Positions 1-6,704 of a stretch of 14,261 nucleotides of DNA are shown here, one piece after another. Position 1 is the stretch's first letter. The number at the start of each line of letters is the position of its first letter. Made by a program: the position numbers and the translations under genes. The notes beneath the pieces were generated by a model. That model did not search any database and was not told the origin of the DNA. It saw nothing but the letters and a program-made list of their open reading frames with translations. The DNA comes from Alphaproteobacteria bacterium (GTDB taxonomy: Bacteria; Pseudomonadota; Alphaproteobacteria; GCA-2731375), in assembly GCA_041940205.1 (NCBI GenBank), contig JBGTSP010000093.1, positions 1-14,261 of the forward strand, written 5' to 3'.

Positions 1-1
1 T

Positions 2-229
2 GATGTCGACGCGGCGGCGATCAAGGCCGGCGCGGGCGTCGATAAGGCGGCGCTGCGGGCGGAGTGGGACGCGCGCATTGATGCCGTGCTGGCTGATGCC
101 ACGCTTGCCCGCCCTGCTTCGCGCCGTCCCGTGCTCGGCGGCCGCGAGGGTCGCCATTCCGAACACCTCGGCCACCTGCTCACGCACATGCAATTCCTGC
201 AGCGCGCCTATCCGGGTGCGCGATGGTAG
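2..229 (+). CDS. paaC: 3'-terminal fragment of phenylacetate-CoA oxygenase (1,2-phenylacetyl-CoA epoxidase) subunit PaaC; the gene continues upstream of the window
   Basis: Frame-2 translation DVDAAAIKAGAGVDKAALRAEWDARIDAVLADATLARPASRRPVLGGREGRHSEHLGHLLTHMQFLQRAYPGARW* resembles the conserved PaaC C-terminus (GGR.G.HSEHLG.LL.EMQ.LQR.YPGA.W). The stop TAG at 227-229 overlaps the next start (ATGGTAG), as in a paa operon. Identification is from memory of the family, not a search. Confidence 0.65.
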   Translation, partial: DVDAAAIKAGAGVDKAALRAEWDARIDAVLADATLARPASRRPVLGGREGRHSEHLGHLLTHMQFLQRAYPGARW

Positions 230-816
230 GCGGCCGGGACATCCGCGGGTCGCGCATGGCGGACGGTGAGGCGATCGGTCCGGCGACGGCGGAGGCGGCG
301 TCGGGCGCGGCCGCGATCGCCCGGGCCTGGGCCTGTCTCGAAGGCGTGCCCGATCCCGAGATCCCGGTGATCTCGCTGGTCGATCTCGGCGTGATCCGGG
401 CGATCGACTGGCGCGGAGAGGCGCTGGAGGTCACCGTGACGCCGACCTATACCGGCTGTCCGGCGACCGCGGTGATCGACCTGATGATCGCCGAGGCCCT
501 GCGCGCCGACGGGTTCGCGCAGGTGCGCCTGCGGCGTCGCCTGGCGCCGGCCTGGACCACGGCCTGGATCAGCGAGAAGGGGCGTGCGGCCCTGCGCGCG
601 TACGGCATCGCGCCGCCCGAAGAGGGCACCGCCGCCTGCGCCGGCCTGCTTGCCGCCACCCCGCGCGTCGGCATCCGCCAGCCCGTTGCCGTCGACTGCC
701 CGCGTTGCGGCAGCGAGCGGACGCAGTGCATCAGTCCCGCCGGCTCGACGCCGTGCAAGGCGAGCTATCGCTGCGAGTGCTGTCTCGAGCCGTTCGACTA
801 TTTCAAGGCGATCTGA
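223..816 (+). CDS. paaD: Phenylacetate-CoA oxygenase subunit PaaD (DUF59/MIP18-like domain plus C-terminal Cys zinc-ribbon)
   Basis: ORF 223..816 contains GVPDPEIPVISLVDLGVIRAI...VTPTYTGCPA (DUF59-like core) and a C-terminal CPRCGS...C...CECC cysteine cluster typical of PaaD. The ATG at 223 overlaps the paaC stop (translational coupling). An alternative in-frame ATG at 256 (MADGEAIG) is possible. GC3-rich codons. Confidence 0.75.
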   Translation: MVGGRDIRGSRMADGEAIGPATAEAASGAAAIARAWACLEGVPDPEIPVISLVDLGVIRAIDWRGEALEVTVTPTYTGCPATAVIDLMIAEALRADGFAQVRLRRRLAPAWTTAWISEKGRAALRAYGIAPPEEGTAACAGLLAATPRVGIRQPVAVDCPRCGSERTQCISPAGSTPCKASYRCECCLEPFDYFKAI

Positions 817-820
817 ACCG

Positions 821-847
821 CCCGGCGTGGCCCGGTGGGGCCCGCCG
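821..847. terminator. GC-rich imperfect hairpin between convergent paaD and the VOC gene; candidate bidirectional terminator with no U-tract
   Basis: CCGGCG(t)GGCCC-ggtg-GGGCC-CGCCGG, about 11 bp of stem with one bulge and a 4-nt loop. It sits in the 43-nt gap between two convergent stop codons (816 and 860). Confidence 0.25.
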
Positions 848-859
848 GACGGGCTTCCT

Positions 860-1240
860 TCAGCCGCGCGGCGGCATGCAGTAGACGGCGAGCTTGTTGC
901 CGTCGAGGTCTCGGAAATAGCCGAAATGCATGCCGTTGTCGCCGCGCGGTCCCGGCGCGCCCTCGTCGCTGCCGCCGAGTTCCAGCGCCTTGGCGTGCAG
1001 CTTCGCCACCGTTTCGGGCGCATCCACCATCAGCGCCACCATGGTGCCGTTGCCCGCCGTCGCGGGCTGCTGGTCGTAGGGCTTGATGATCGCCAGCATG
1101 CCGGGGCCGGGCTTCACGCCCCAGACCACCAGCCGGTCGCTCTGCATGATCCGCTTGGCGCCAAGTTCGCCAAGCAGGGTGTCGTAATAGTTGCCGGCGG
1201 CCTCGAAATCGTTGGTGCCCAGCGTGGTGTATCCGATCAT
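860..1240 (-). CDS. VOC-family (glyoxalase/bleomycin-resistance fold) protein, about 126 aa
   Basis: Minus-strand ORF. An internal Met gives MIGYTTLGTNDFEAAGNYYD..., a typical VOC N-terminus. A strong SD (GGGAGGGAA) lies 5-6 nt upstream of the ATG at 1240. The track ORF extends upstream to 1303 but that part lacks an RBS. Confidence 0.75.
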   Translation of the reverse strand: MIGYTTLGTNDFEAAGNYYDTLLGELGAKRIMQSDRLVVWGVKPGPGMLAIIKPYDQQPATAGNGTMVALMVDAPETVAKLHAKALELGGSDEGAPGPRGDNGMHFGYFRDLDGNKLAVYCMPPRG

Positions 1241-1311
1241 CGCGTTCCCTCCCGGTAAGCGTCCGCCGGCCGCGCGTGCGGCGACGGCACGAGTCGCCGG
1301 CACGGTATAGG

Positions 1312-1328
1312 CATTCGCCGGGCGAATG
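1312..1328. promoter_or_regulatory. Perfect 7-3-7 palindrome CATTCGC-CGG-GCGAATG, about 70 nt upstream of the VOC gene start; candidate operator
   Basis: Seen directly. Seven-bp inverted arms in a relatively AT-richer stretch of the 435-nt divergent intergenic region between the VOC (minus) and PAS (plus) genes. Confidence 0.2.
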
Positions 1329-1676
1329 AATGCCGGTAGCGGTGAATTTCCCGCCGCATTTCAACCCGATCTTCATCCCTCCCGGGTCAGGATAGATCGG
1401 TATTCCGTTGCTCTGGTGGCGATTGCCCATGCTAGTGTTCGATCTCGATTTCGGTGAGTCCCGGAACGGTTGTTCCACCGGTGGCTGTGACGCGTCGGAT
1501 CGGCAAGCCGGGGAGACGCGGACCGCGAGCCGCATCCGGCGGAAACACCGTCGCGGGAGACGGAAGATGTCGATGAACGAGACAGTGACGTCCTGCCGCC
1601 GTTCGGCGGCGGGCCTCGTCGCGTCCGCACGGGCGGGCGGCGTGTCGGCGATCCTCGGCCGTTCGGCAGGTGGCGC

Positions 1677-2186
1677 ATGAACAGTCGGCCGGTAGCCAGC
1701 GAAGGCAGCCCGTTCTTCGGCATGCAGGAGGTGCCGCTGGCGGCTCTCGATTCCGATGGCCTTGTCCGTCAGCTGGAACGGCATTGGTCGGGCTGGCGCG
1801 GCGGCGATCGCCTGCCGGGCCGGCAGGATCTCGATCCGCTGAAGCTGGGTCCGAAACTGCTGCCGTGGCTGTTCCTGCTCGACGTGCTGCGCGAAGCGGA
1901 GGGGCTCGACTATCACTACCGTCTGGTCGGCACGGGCAATGTCGATCTGGTGGGACGCGACGCGACCGGACGGCGGGCGAGCGACATCTTCGGCCGCGAC
2001 AGCACGCGGTTCGTGCTCGACAGTTTCGACGACACCGTGCTTCGCGGCGAGCCGACCTACTGGCAGGCGGTGGTGCCCAACGACCGCTTCGGACAGGCGA
2101 CGATCGAGCGCGGCCTTTTCCCGCTGGCCGGCGAGGACGGGCGGATCGACATGCTGATGTGCATCGCCGTGCCGACGCGCCTCTGA
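1677..2186 (+). CDS. Small stand-alone PAS-domain protein (PAS_5-like, common in alphaproteobacteria)
   Basis: 169-aa ORF with LDYHYRLVGTGNVDLVGRDATG, the characteristic YRLVGT core of PAS_5-type proteins. AGGTGG SD 5 nt upstream of the ATG at 1677. GC3-rich. Confidence 0.75.
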   Translation: MNSRPVASEGSPFFGMQEVPLAALDSDGLVRQLERHWSGWRGGDRLPGRQDLDPLKLGPKLLPWLFLLDVLREAEGLDYHYRLVGTGNVDLVGRDATGRRASDIFGRDSTRFVLDSFDDTVLRGEPTYWQAVVPNDRFGQATIERGLFPLAGEDGRIDMLMCIAVPTRL

Positions 2187-2261
2187 GCGTGTCGCCGCCG
2201 TTACTTGTCGCGGTTCGTTTCGGCGCTACAGTTGCCGCGAACGCCGGCGAGGGAGACGGGC

Positions 2262-2534
2262 ATGGGTGGGGATGACGCGCGCGCGTCCGTCGGCGACGGG
2301 CGGACTATCATGGCCTCGCGAACCTGCGAGGATTGCCGCTGGTGGCAGGTTCAGCCGACAGAGACCGAGCAGGGAACGAATACCGCCGTGGGCTATTGCC
2401 GCCGCTGGCCGCCGCAGCGCCGCGACAACGGGGTCGGCGCCTGGCCGATCACGTTCCAGGAGGACTGGTGCGGCGAATACCTGCATCGTGACGACGCCGC
2501 CTACGGCCGGGACGGCGCGACCCGGCTGTCCTGA
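2262..2534 (+). CDS. Hypothetical small protein (90 aa) with four Cys (CxxC...C...C); possible zinc-ribbon-like mini-protein
   Basis: ATG at 2262 is preceded by GAGGGAG (SD) 6-8 nt upstream. The track ORF starts at TTG 2205 but the RBS supports 2262. Sequence MGGDDARASVGDGRTIMASRTCEDCRWWQV...GYCRRWPP...EDWCGEY. Moderate GC3 bias. Confidence 0.4.
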   Translation: MGGDDARASVGDGRTIMASRTCEDCRWWQVQPTETEQGTNTAVGYCRRWPPQRRDNGVGAWPITFQEDWCGEYLHRDDAAYGRDGATRLS

Positions 2535-2549
2535 TCGCCGATCCGCAAT

Positions 2550-2569
2550 GGCGCCGTTCGTTCGGCGCC
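2550..2569. terminator. Hairpin GGCGCCG-ttcgtt-CGGCGCC between convergent genes; candidate bidirectional terminator
   Basis: Perfect 7-bp GC stem with a 6-nt loop, centred in the 45-nt gap between the stop at 2534 (plus) and the stop at 2580 (minus). No clear U-tract. Confidence 0.3.
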
Positions 2570-2579
2570 GCGCCGCCGG

Positions 2580-3293
2580 TCAGCCGGAAGCGGTTTCGCC
2601 CTGCCGCCACCAGCGCCCGAACGCCTCGCGGGCCTGCGCGCCGGCGCCGCCCTCCGCGGCCAGCCCGCGCAGGGCCGACACGGTCTCCTCCAGCGTCAGT
2701 ACGTCGGAATATTTGGCGTCGAGATCGAACAGGTTCGCTTCGTGCGGACCCTGCGCCCTGTCGCCGACGGCTTCGCGCACGACGATGGAATTGTAGCCGT
2801 ACTGCATGGCGTCGAGTGCCGAGGCCCGCACGCAGCCGCTGGTGGTGCATCCCGTGACCACCACGGTATCGACCGCCTGGGCCCGCAGGATGCTGTCGAG
2901 GTCGGTGCCGAAGAAGGCGCTGGCATACTGCTTCTCGACCACGGTCTCCCCGACCGCCGGCTTCAGCCGACGATCGACTTCGGTCATCGGCGAACCGCGG
3001 AGCAGGATGCCCAGCGAGGGCACCTTGCGCACGAACACGCCGCCGTCACTGAGGTCGTGATTGTAGGCCACCGTGGTGTAGGCGACCGGCAGCTGCGCCT
3101 CGCGGAACAGGTCCAGCAACCGCGCCGTGGCCGCCACCTCGCTGTCGAAATCGCCGCCCAGCGGGGTGGTCGGATCGGTGAACCCGTTGATGAAATCCAC
3201 GATCAGCAGGGCCGGACGGCTGCCGAAGCCGGCGCGGCTGGCAAAGCCCTTTCGCTCGTAATCGGCGCGCGTCTCGCGTTCCCAGTCGGCCAT
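2580..3293 (-). CDS. Isochorismatase-family cysteine hydrolase (N-carbamoylsarcosine-amidase/CSHase-like amidohydrolase), about 238 aa
   Basis: Start at MADWERETR (ATG 3293) with a GGAGG SD 7 nt upstream. The track ORF extends to 3371 without an RBS. Conserved isochorismatase-fold catalytic context: [11 protein letters not shown] (Asp), [15 protein letters not shown] (Lys), [19 protein letters not shown] (Cys). Confidence 0.8.
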   Translation of the reverse strand: MADWERETRADYERKGFASRAGFGSRPALLIVDFINGFTDPTTPLGGDFDSEVAATARLLDLFREAQLPVAYTTVAYNHDLSDGGVFVRKVPSLGILLRGSPMTEVDRRLKPAVGETVVEKQYASAFFGTDLDSILRAQAVDTVVVTGCTTSGCVRASALDAMQYGYNSIVVREAVGDRAQGPHEANLFDLDAKYSDVLTLEETVSALRGLAAEGGAGAQAREAFGRWWRQGETASG

Positions 3294-3440
3294 GGCGGCC
3301 TCCTTCTGCTTGCGTTCGTCGAGGGGATTATGCCCTCCGGCCGGCGTCGTGGCGAGCCGTGGGCCGGGCATCGCCCTTGCCCAGCCGTTGCCGCCATGGA
3401 AGTCTTTTGCCGCGCATTCTCAATTGCCGGGATCAGGACA
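3294..3440. promoter_or_regulatory. 147-nt divergent intergenic region, presumed to hold promoters for the cysteine hydrolase (minus) and the deacetylase operon (plus)
   Basis: Divergent starts at 3293 and 3441. Contains TTGCGT and TTGCCG -35-like hexamers but no convincing -10. Positional inference only. Confidence 0.3.
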
Positions 3441-4472
3441 ATGACCGAATTCGACCGTCCGGGGCCGACCGGTCCCCGTTACCAGCCCCGACCGCTGGTC
3501 TCGCCGGAGGGCCCGCGGGTGGCGCCGGTTGCCCCGCCGCGGCCGTCCGCCGGGCGGGGACGCAAGGAAATCTTCGTTGCCTTCGGCATCGACGTCGATG
3601 CGGTTGCCGGATGGCTCGGCTCCTATGGCGGCGAGGATTCGCCCTGCGACATCTCCCGCGGCCTGTTCGCCGGCGAGGTCGGCGTGCCGCGCATGGTGCG
3701 CCTGTTCGAGCGGATGGGCGTGCCGACCACCTGGTTCATCCCCGGCCACTCGGTGGAAACGTTTCCCGAGCAGTGCCGCATGGTGGTCGATGCCGGGCAC
3801 GAGATCGGCATGCACGGCTACAGCCACGAAAACCCGATCGCCATGACGCCGGAACAGGAAGAGGCGGTCATGGACAAGTGCATCGACCTGATCGAGCGGC
3901 TCAGCGGCCGACGTCCGACCGGCTATGTCGCGCCCTGGTGGGAATTCTCCCCGGTCACCAACGAGCTGCTTCTCTCCAAGGGGATCAAGTACGACCACAG
4001 CCTGATGAACAACGACTTCCAGCCCTTCTACGTGCGGGTCGGGGACAGCTGGACGCCGATCGACTATTCCAAGCATCCCGAGGAATGGATGAAACCGCTG
4101 GTGCGGGGGCAGGAAACCGACCTGATCGACATTCCGGGAAGCTGGCACCTCGACGACCTGCCGCCGATGATGTTCATCAAGTCGGCGCCCAACAGCCACG
4201 GCTTCGTCAATCCCCGCGACGTCGAACAGTACTGGAAGGACCAGTTCGACTGGGTCTACCGGGAGTACGATTACGCGGTCTACACGATGACCATTCATCC
4301 CGACGTGTCGGGCCGTCCGCACGTGCTGATGATGCTGGAACGGCTGCATGCCTACTTCTCCAGTCATGCCGGCGTGCGCTTCTGCACCTTCGATCAGATC
4401 GCCGAGGATTTCCGCAACCGCTTCCCGCGCGGGTCGGTCGACAATATCGAGGCCGCCTCCCTGGCCCGCTGA
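3441..4472 (+). CDS. Polysaccharide-deacetylase (NodB/CE4-fold) family hydrolase, 343 aa; metal-binding Asp-His-His triad appears intact
   Basis: Start MTEFDRPG at 3441. The track ORF from 2742 is an upstream open-frame artefact that overlaps the minus-strand hydrolase. NodB motifs: FGIDVDAV (D-x-D), MHGYSHENP (H-x-x-x-H), [14 protein letters not shown] (RxPY-like). Strong GC3. Confidence 0.85.
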   Translation: MTEFDRPGPTGPRYQPRPLVSPEGPRVAPVAPPRPSAGRGRKEIFVAFGIDVDAVAGWLGSYGGEDSPCDISRGLFAGEVGVPRMVRLFERMGVPTTWFIPGHSVETFPEQCRMVVDAGHEIGMHGYSHENPIAMTPEQEEAVMDKCIDLIERLSGRRPTGYVAPWWEFSPVTNELLLSKGIKYDHSLMNNDFQPFYVRVGDSWTPIDYSKHPEEWMKPLVRGQETDLIDIPGSWHLDDLPPMMFIKSAPNSHGFVNPRDVEQYWKDQFDWVYREYDYAVYTMTIHPDVSGRPHVLMMLERLHAYFSSHAGVRFCTFDQIAEDFRNRFPRGSVDNIEAASLAR

Positions 4473-4486
4473 CGGGGACCGGCGCC

Positions 4487-4825
4487 GTGTGCAGCCTGTG
4501 CGGCATGCTCGCCGACCGCGGCCACTGGAGCGAGAGCGCCAGCAGCCCGGAGGCGTTCGCGGGCCACGGGCGGACCCGGTTGCGTGAGCGGCAGGACCGC
4601 ACCCGGCTGATCAACCGGGTGCTCGCGCATTACGGACTGACGCTGCAGGACTGGTCGGGCAACGCCTATATCCTGCGCAGCCGCACCGGACAGAGCGCGA
4701 TCGTGCCCCATCTGGGCTCTCTGTGGGCCGAGGCGGAAAGACTGGCGCACCGGCCCTGCGATCCGCTGGACCCGGCGCTGCTTGCGGATCTGCCCGCAGG
4801 CCCGGACCGGAGCGCGCAGCCGTGA
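4487..4825 (+). CDS. Hypothetical small protein (about 112 aa) with N-terminal CxxC and several His; translationally coupled to the downstream G3E GTPase
   Basis: GTG at 4487 sits 14 nt after the deacetylase stop, with GGGGA upstream. An alternative ATG is at 4505. Near-uniform GC3 supports coding. The stop TGA at 4823-4825 overlaps the GTG start of the next gene (GTGA). No family recognised by eye. Confidence 0.5.
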   Translation: MCSLCGMLADRGHWSESASSPEAFAGHGRTRLRERQDRTRLINRVLAHYGLTLQDWSGNAYILRSRTGQSAIVPHLGSLWAEAERLAHRPCDPLDPALLADLPAGPDRSAQP

Positions 4826-5880
4826 GCGGCTATGGCGGACTGATCCCGATCAACGTGATCACCGGCTTTCTTGGCAGCGGCAAGACCACCCTGCTGCAGC
4901 GTTTGCTGGCGGTACCCGAACTGGGCGATACCGCGGTGCTGATCAACGAGTTCGGCGAGATCGGGCTCGATCACCAGCTCGTCGACCATGTGGACGAGAC
5001 GACCCTGCTGCTCGACAACGGCTGCCTGTGCTGCGCCGTTCGCGGCGATCTGCAGGATGCGCTGAAGGACCTGCTTTCCCGCCGGCAGCGCGGCAGCGTG
5101 CCCGCCTTCCGGCGTATCGTCATCGAGACCTCCGGCCTCGCCGATCCGGTGCCGATCGCCTACACGCTGCTGACCGACCCGGTCCTCCAGCATCATCTTC
5201 GCCTGGGCAACATCGTCACGACGGTCGATGCCGTGAACGCGGAAAGCCAGCTCGGTCGCTTCGCGGAATCGCGCAAGCAGGTCGCCGTCGCAGACCGTCT
5301 TGTGGTCACCAAGGCCGGCCTGTTGCCCGAAGACGGGGACCTGTCGGCTCTCGAGGCCGCCCTGCGCGGATACAACCGGGCTGCGCCGATCCTGGTCGCG
5401 GATCAGGCGCAGGCGCTGATCGAGCGCCTGCTGACCGACGATCTTTACGACGCCGCGGGCAAGGCGCGGACGGTCGAGCACTGGCTTGCCGGCGAGGGCG
5501 AGGACGGCGACCGTCAGGCCGTCTCGGCGATCGAGCACGCGCATGCCGACGATGTCGCCTCGTTTGCCCTGACCTTCGACGAGGCGCTCGACTGGAGCGC
5601 CTTCGGCATCTGGCTCAGCATGCTGCTGCACCGGCACGGCGAACGGGTGCTGCGGGTCAAGGGCCTGCTGCATGTCGCGGGTCTTGCGACGCCGGTCCTG
5701 ATCAACGGGGTGCAGCATATCGTGCACCCGCCCGGCCATCTGGCCGCCTGGCCGGATGCGGACCGCCGCTCGCGGCTGATCTTCATCGTCCAGGGGATGG
5801 CACGCGAGCCGATCGAGGCGTCCTTCCTGCGCTTTCTCCGGCTGAGCAACCCGCCTGGCGTCGGCCGCCGGGTTGCCTGA
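4822..5880 (+). CDS. COG0523 / CobW-like G3E-family P-loop GTPase (putative metallochaperone), 352 aa
   Basis: VSGYGGLIPINVITGFLGSGKTTLLQRL (Walker A), the GCLCC metal-binding motif (DNGCLCCAV) and a C-terminal CobW_C-like region. The only in-frame start is GTG 4822, overlapping the upstream stop. No His-rich linker. Confidence 0.85.
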   Translation: MSGYGGLIPINVITGFLGSGKTTLLQRLLAVPELGDTAVLINEFGEIGLDHQLVDHVDETTLLLDNGCLCCAVRGDLQDALKDLLSRRQRGSVPAFRRIVIETSGLADPVPIAYTLLTDPVLQHHLRLGNIVTTVDAVNAESQLGRFAESRKQVAVADRLVVTKAGLLPEDGDLSALEAALRGYNRAAPILVADQAQALIERLLTDDLYDAAGKARTVEHWLAGEGEDGDRQAVSAIEHAHADDVASFALTFDEALDWSAFGIWLSMLLHRHGERVLRVKGLLHVAGLATPVLINGVQHIVHPPGHLAAWPDADRRSRLIFIVQGMAREPIEASFLRFLRLSNPPGVGRRVA

Positions 5881-5892
5881 ACGTCGATCCGT

Positions 5893-6441
5893 TCAGTTCT
5901 TCCCGGGCGTCGTCATCCGCTCGGAGAGGCTGCGGGCCATGCCGGGTGGCTGTCGCCGGCCGGCCCAGCCATGGCGGAACGCCCGCACGACGTAGTGCAG
6001 CAGGAAGAACAGGATCGCCATGATCACCAGCAGGACGATGGCGAGCAGCTGGCGGCCGAACACCGGGTCGATGATGGCACCGCGATTGACCAGGTGGGCG
6101 CCCAGGATCTCCACCGCCTGCAGCGTGGCGCCGGCGAAGAAGATGACCGCGATCAGGATCGTCGCCTGCAGCGAGTCGAACACGAGATTCTCGACGCTGA
6201 GCTCGCTCACCCGCCGGAAGATCTCGTTCCGGAACGACTGCCAGTGCGCCACGACATAGCCGACGACGCCGACCAGGGAGGCGAACCAGAACAGCACGTT
6301 GGAGAAGTGGATGCCGGGGATCCGGTCGACCAGGTAGGTCTCGAACGGTTTGTAGAAGTAGAGGAAGATCAGCAGGATGATCAGCGCGATCAGGCCGATC
6401 CAGAACCGCGGCGCGCGCGGGGTGACCTCTGCGTCGCTCAT
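5893..6441 (-). CDS. Hypothetical integral membrane protein, about 182 aa with about 4 predicted TM helices
   Basis: Start MSDAEVTPR at 6441 with an AGGAAGG SD 7 nt upstream. Hydrophobic segments IGLIALIILLIFLYFY, VLFWFASLVGVVGYVV, ATILIAVIFFAGA, LLAIVLLVIMAILFFLL. GC3-rich. Convergent with the GTPase gene, only 12 nt apart. Confidence 0.7.
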   Translation of the reverse strand: MSDAEVTPRAPRFWIGLIALIILLIFLYFYKPFETYLVDRIPGIHFSNVLFWFASLVGVVGYVVAHWQSFRNEIFRRVSELSVENLVFDSLQATILIAVIFFAGATLQAVEILGAHLVNRGAIIDPVFGRQLLAIVLLVIMAILFFLLHYVVRAFRHGWAGRRQPPGMARSLSERMTTPGKN

Positions 6442-6549
6442 CGTCGCCCTTCCTCTTCGCTCCCTCGACCGCGCGATGGTAGCCAAAGCGGTCCCGCGGC
6501 CACAAGCCGAAGCGCGACGATCCGGGCCCGGCGTCCTTTTCGGGGCGAG

Positions 6550-6578
6550 TTGACCCGTTTCTCCGGGCCGGGGATCAT
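6550..6578 (+). promoter_or_regulatory. Weak sigma70-like promoter candidate upstream of hyuA: TTGACC, 17 nt, GATCAT
   Basis: TTGACC at 6550-6555 and GATCAT at 6573-6578 (4/6 match to TATAAT) with a 17-nt spacer. Pattern match only. Confidence 0.15.
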
Positions 6579-6704
6579 GTTGCCGCAGAAGGGTCCGGTG
6601 GTGCGTTTCGTGGCGTTGCGGAACAGCCGCGGGGCGGTCCGGGTCGGAACCGGACCGGCGGTGCGGGATCGCCGACCGCCGGCGCGGTTCCTGGGGGGAG
6701 GCGC

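Noticed and set aside
208-1023. 271-aa minus-strand ORF and other ORFs (180..434, 447..758, 584..1258, 835..1086) over paaC/paaD/VOC
   Set aside because: Antisense or frame-shifted over genes with clear family signatures. Low-complexity R/A/G-rich products.
1408-1680. 90-aa ORF (TTG start) in the VOC-PAS intergenic region, and the minus-strand 116-aa ORF 1373..1723
   Set aside because: Highly basic Arg-rich translations (RIRRKHRRGRRK...), no convincing RBS, and overlap with the PAS gene start. Treated as non-coding, although a small RNA in this region is not excluded.
2742-3440. Upstream 233 codons of the track ORF 2742..4472
   Set aside because: This part lies antisense over the isochorismatase-family gene, has no RBS, and homology to CE4 proteins begins only after the ATG at 3441, which has an SD. 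The real start is 3441.
3359-4486. 488-aa frame-2 ORF overlapping the deacetylase
   Set aside because: Only its last about 112 codons (from GTG 4487), downstream of the deacetylase stop, form a plausible gene. The upstream part is an overlapping-frame artefact (Arg/Pro-rich).
6611-6630. Possible sigma54 promoter (TGGCGTTGCGG)
   Set aside because: The TGGC and TTGC elements are adjacent rather than separated by the required spacing of about 5 nt after GG (TGGCAC-N5-TTGC). Not a sigma54 site.
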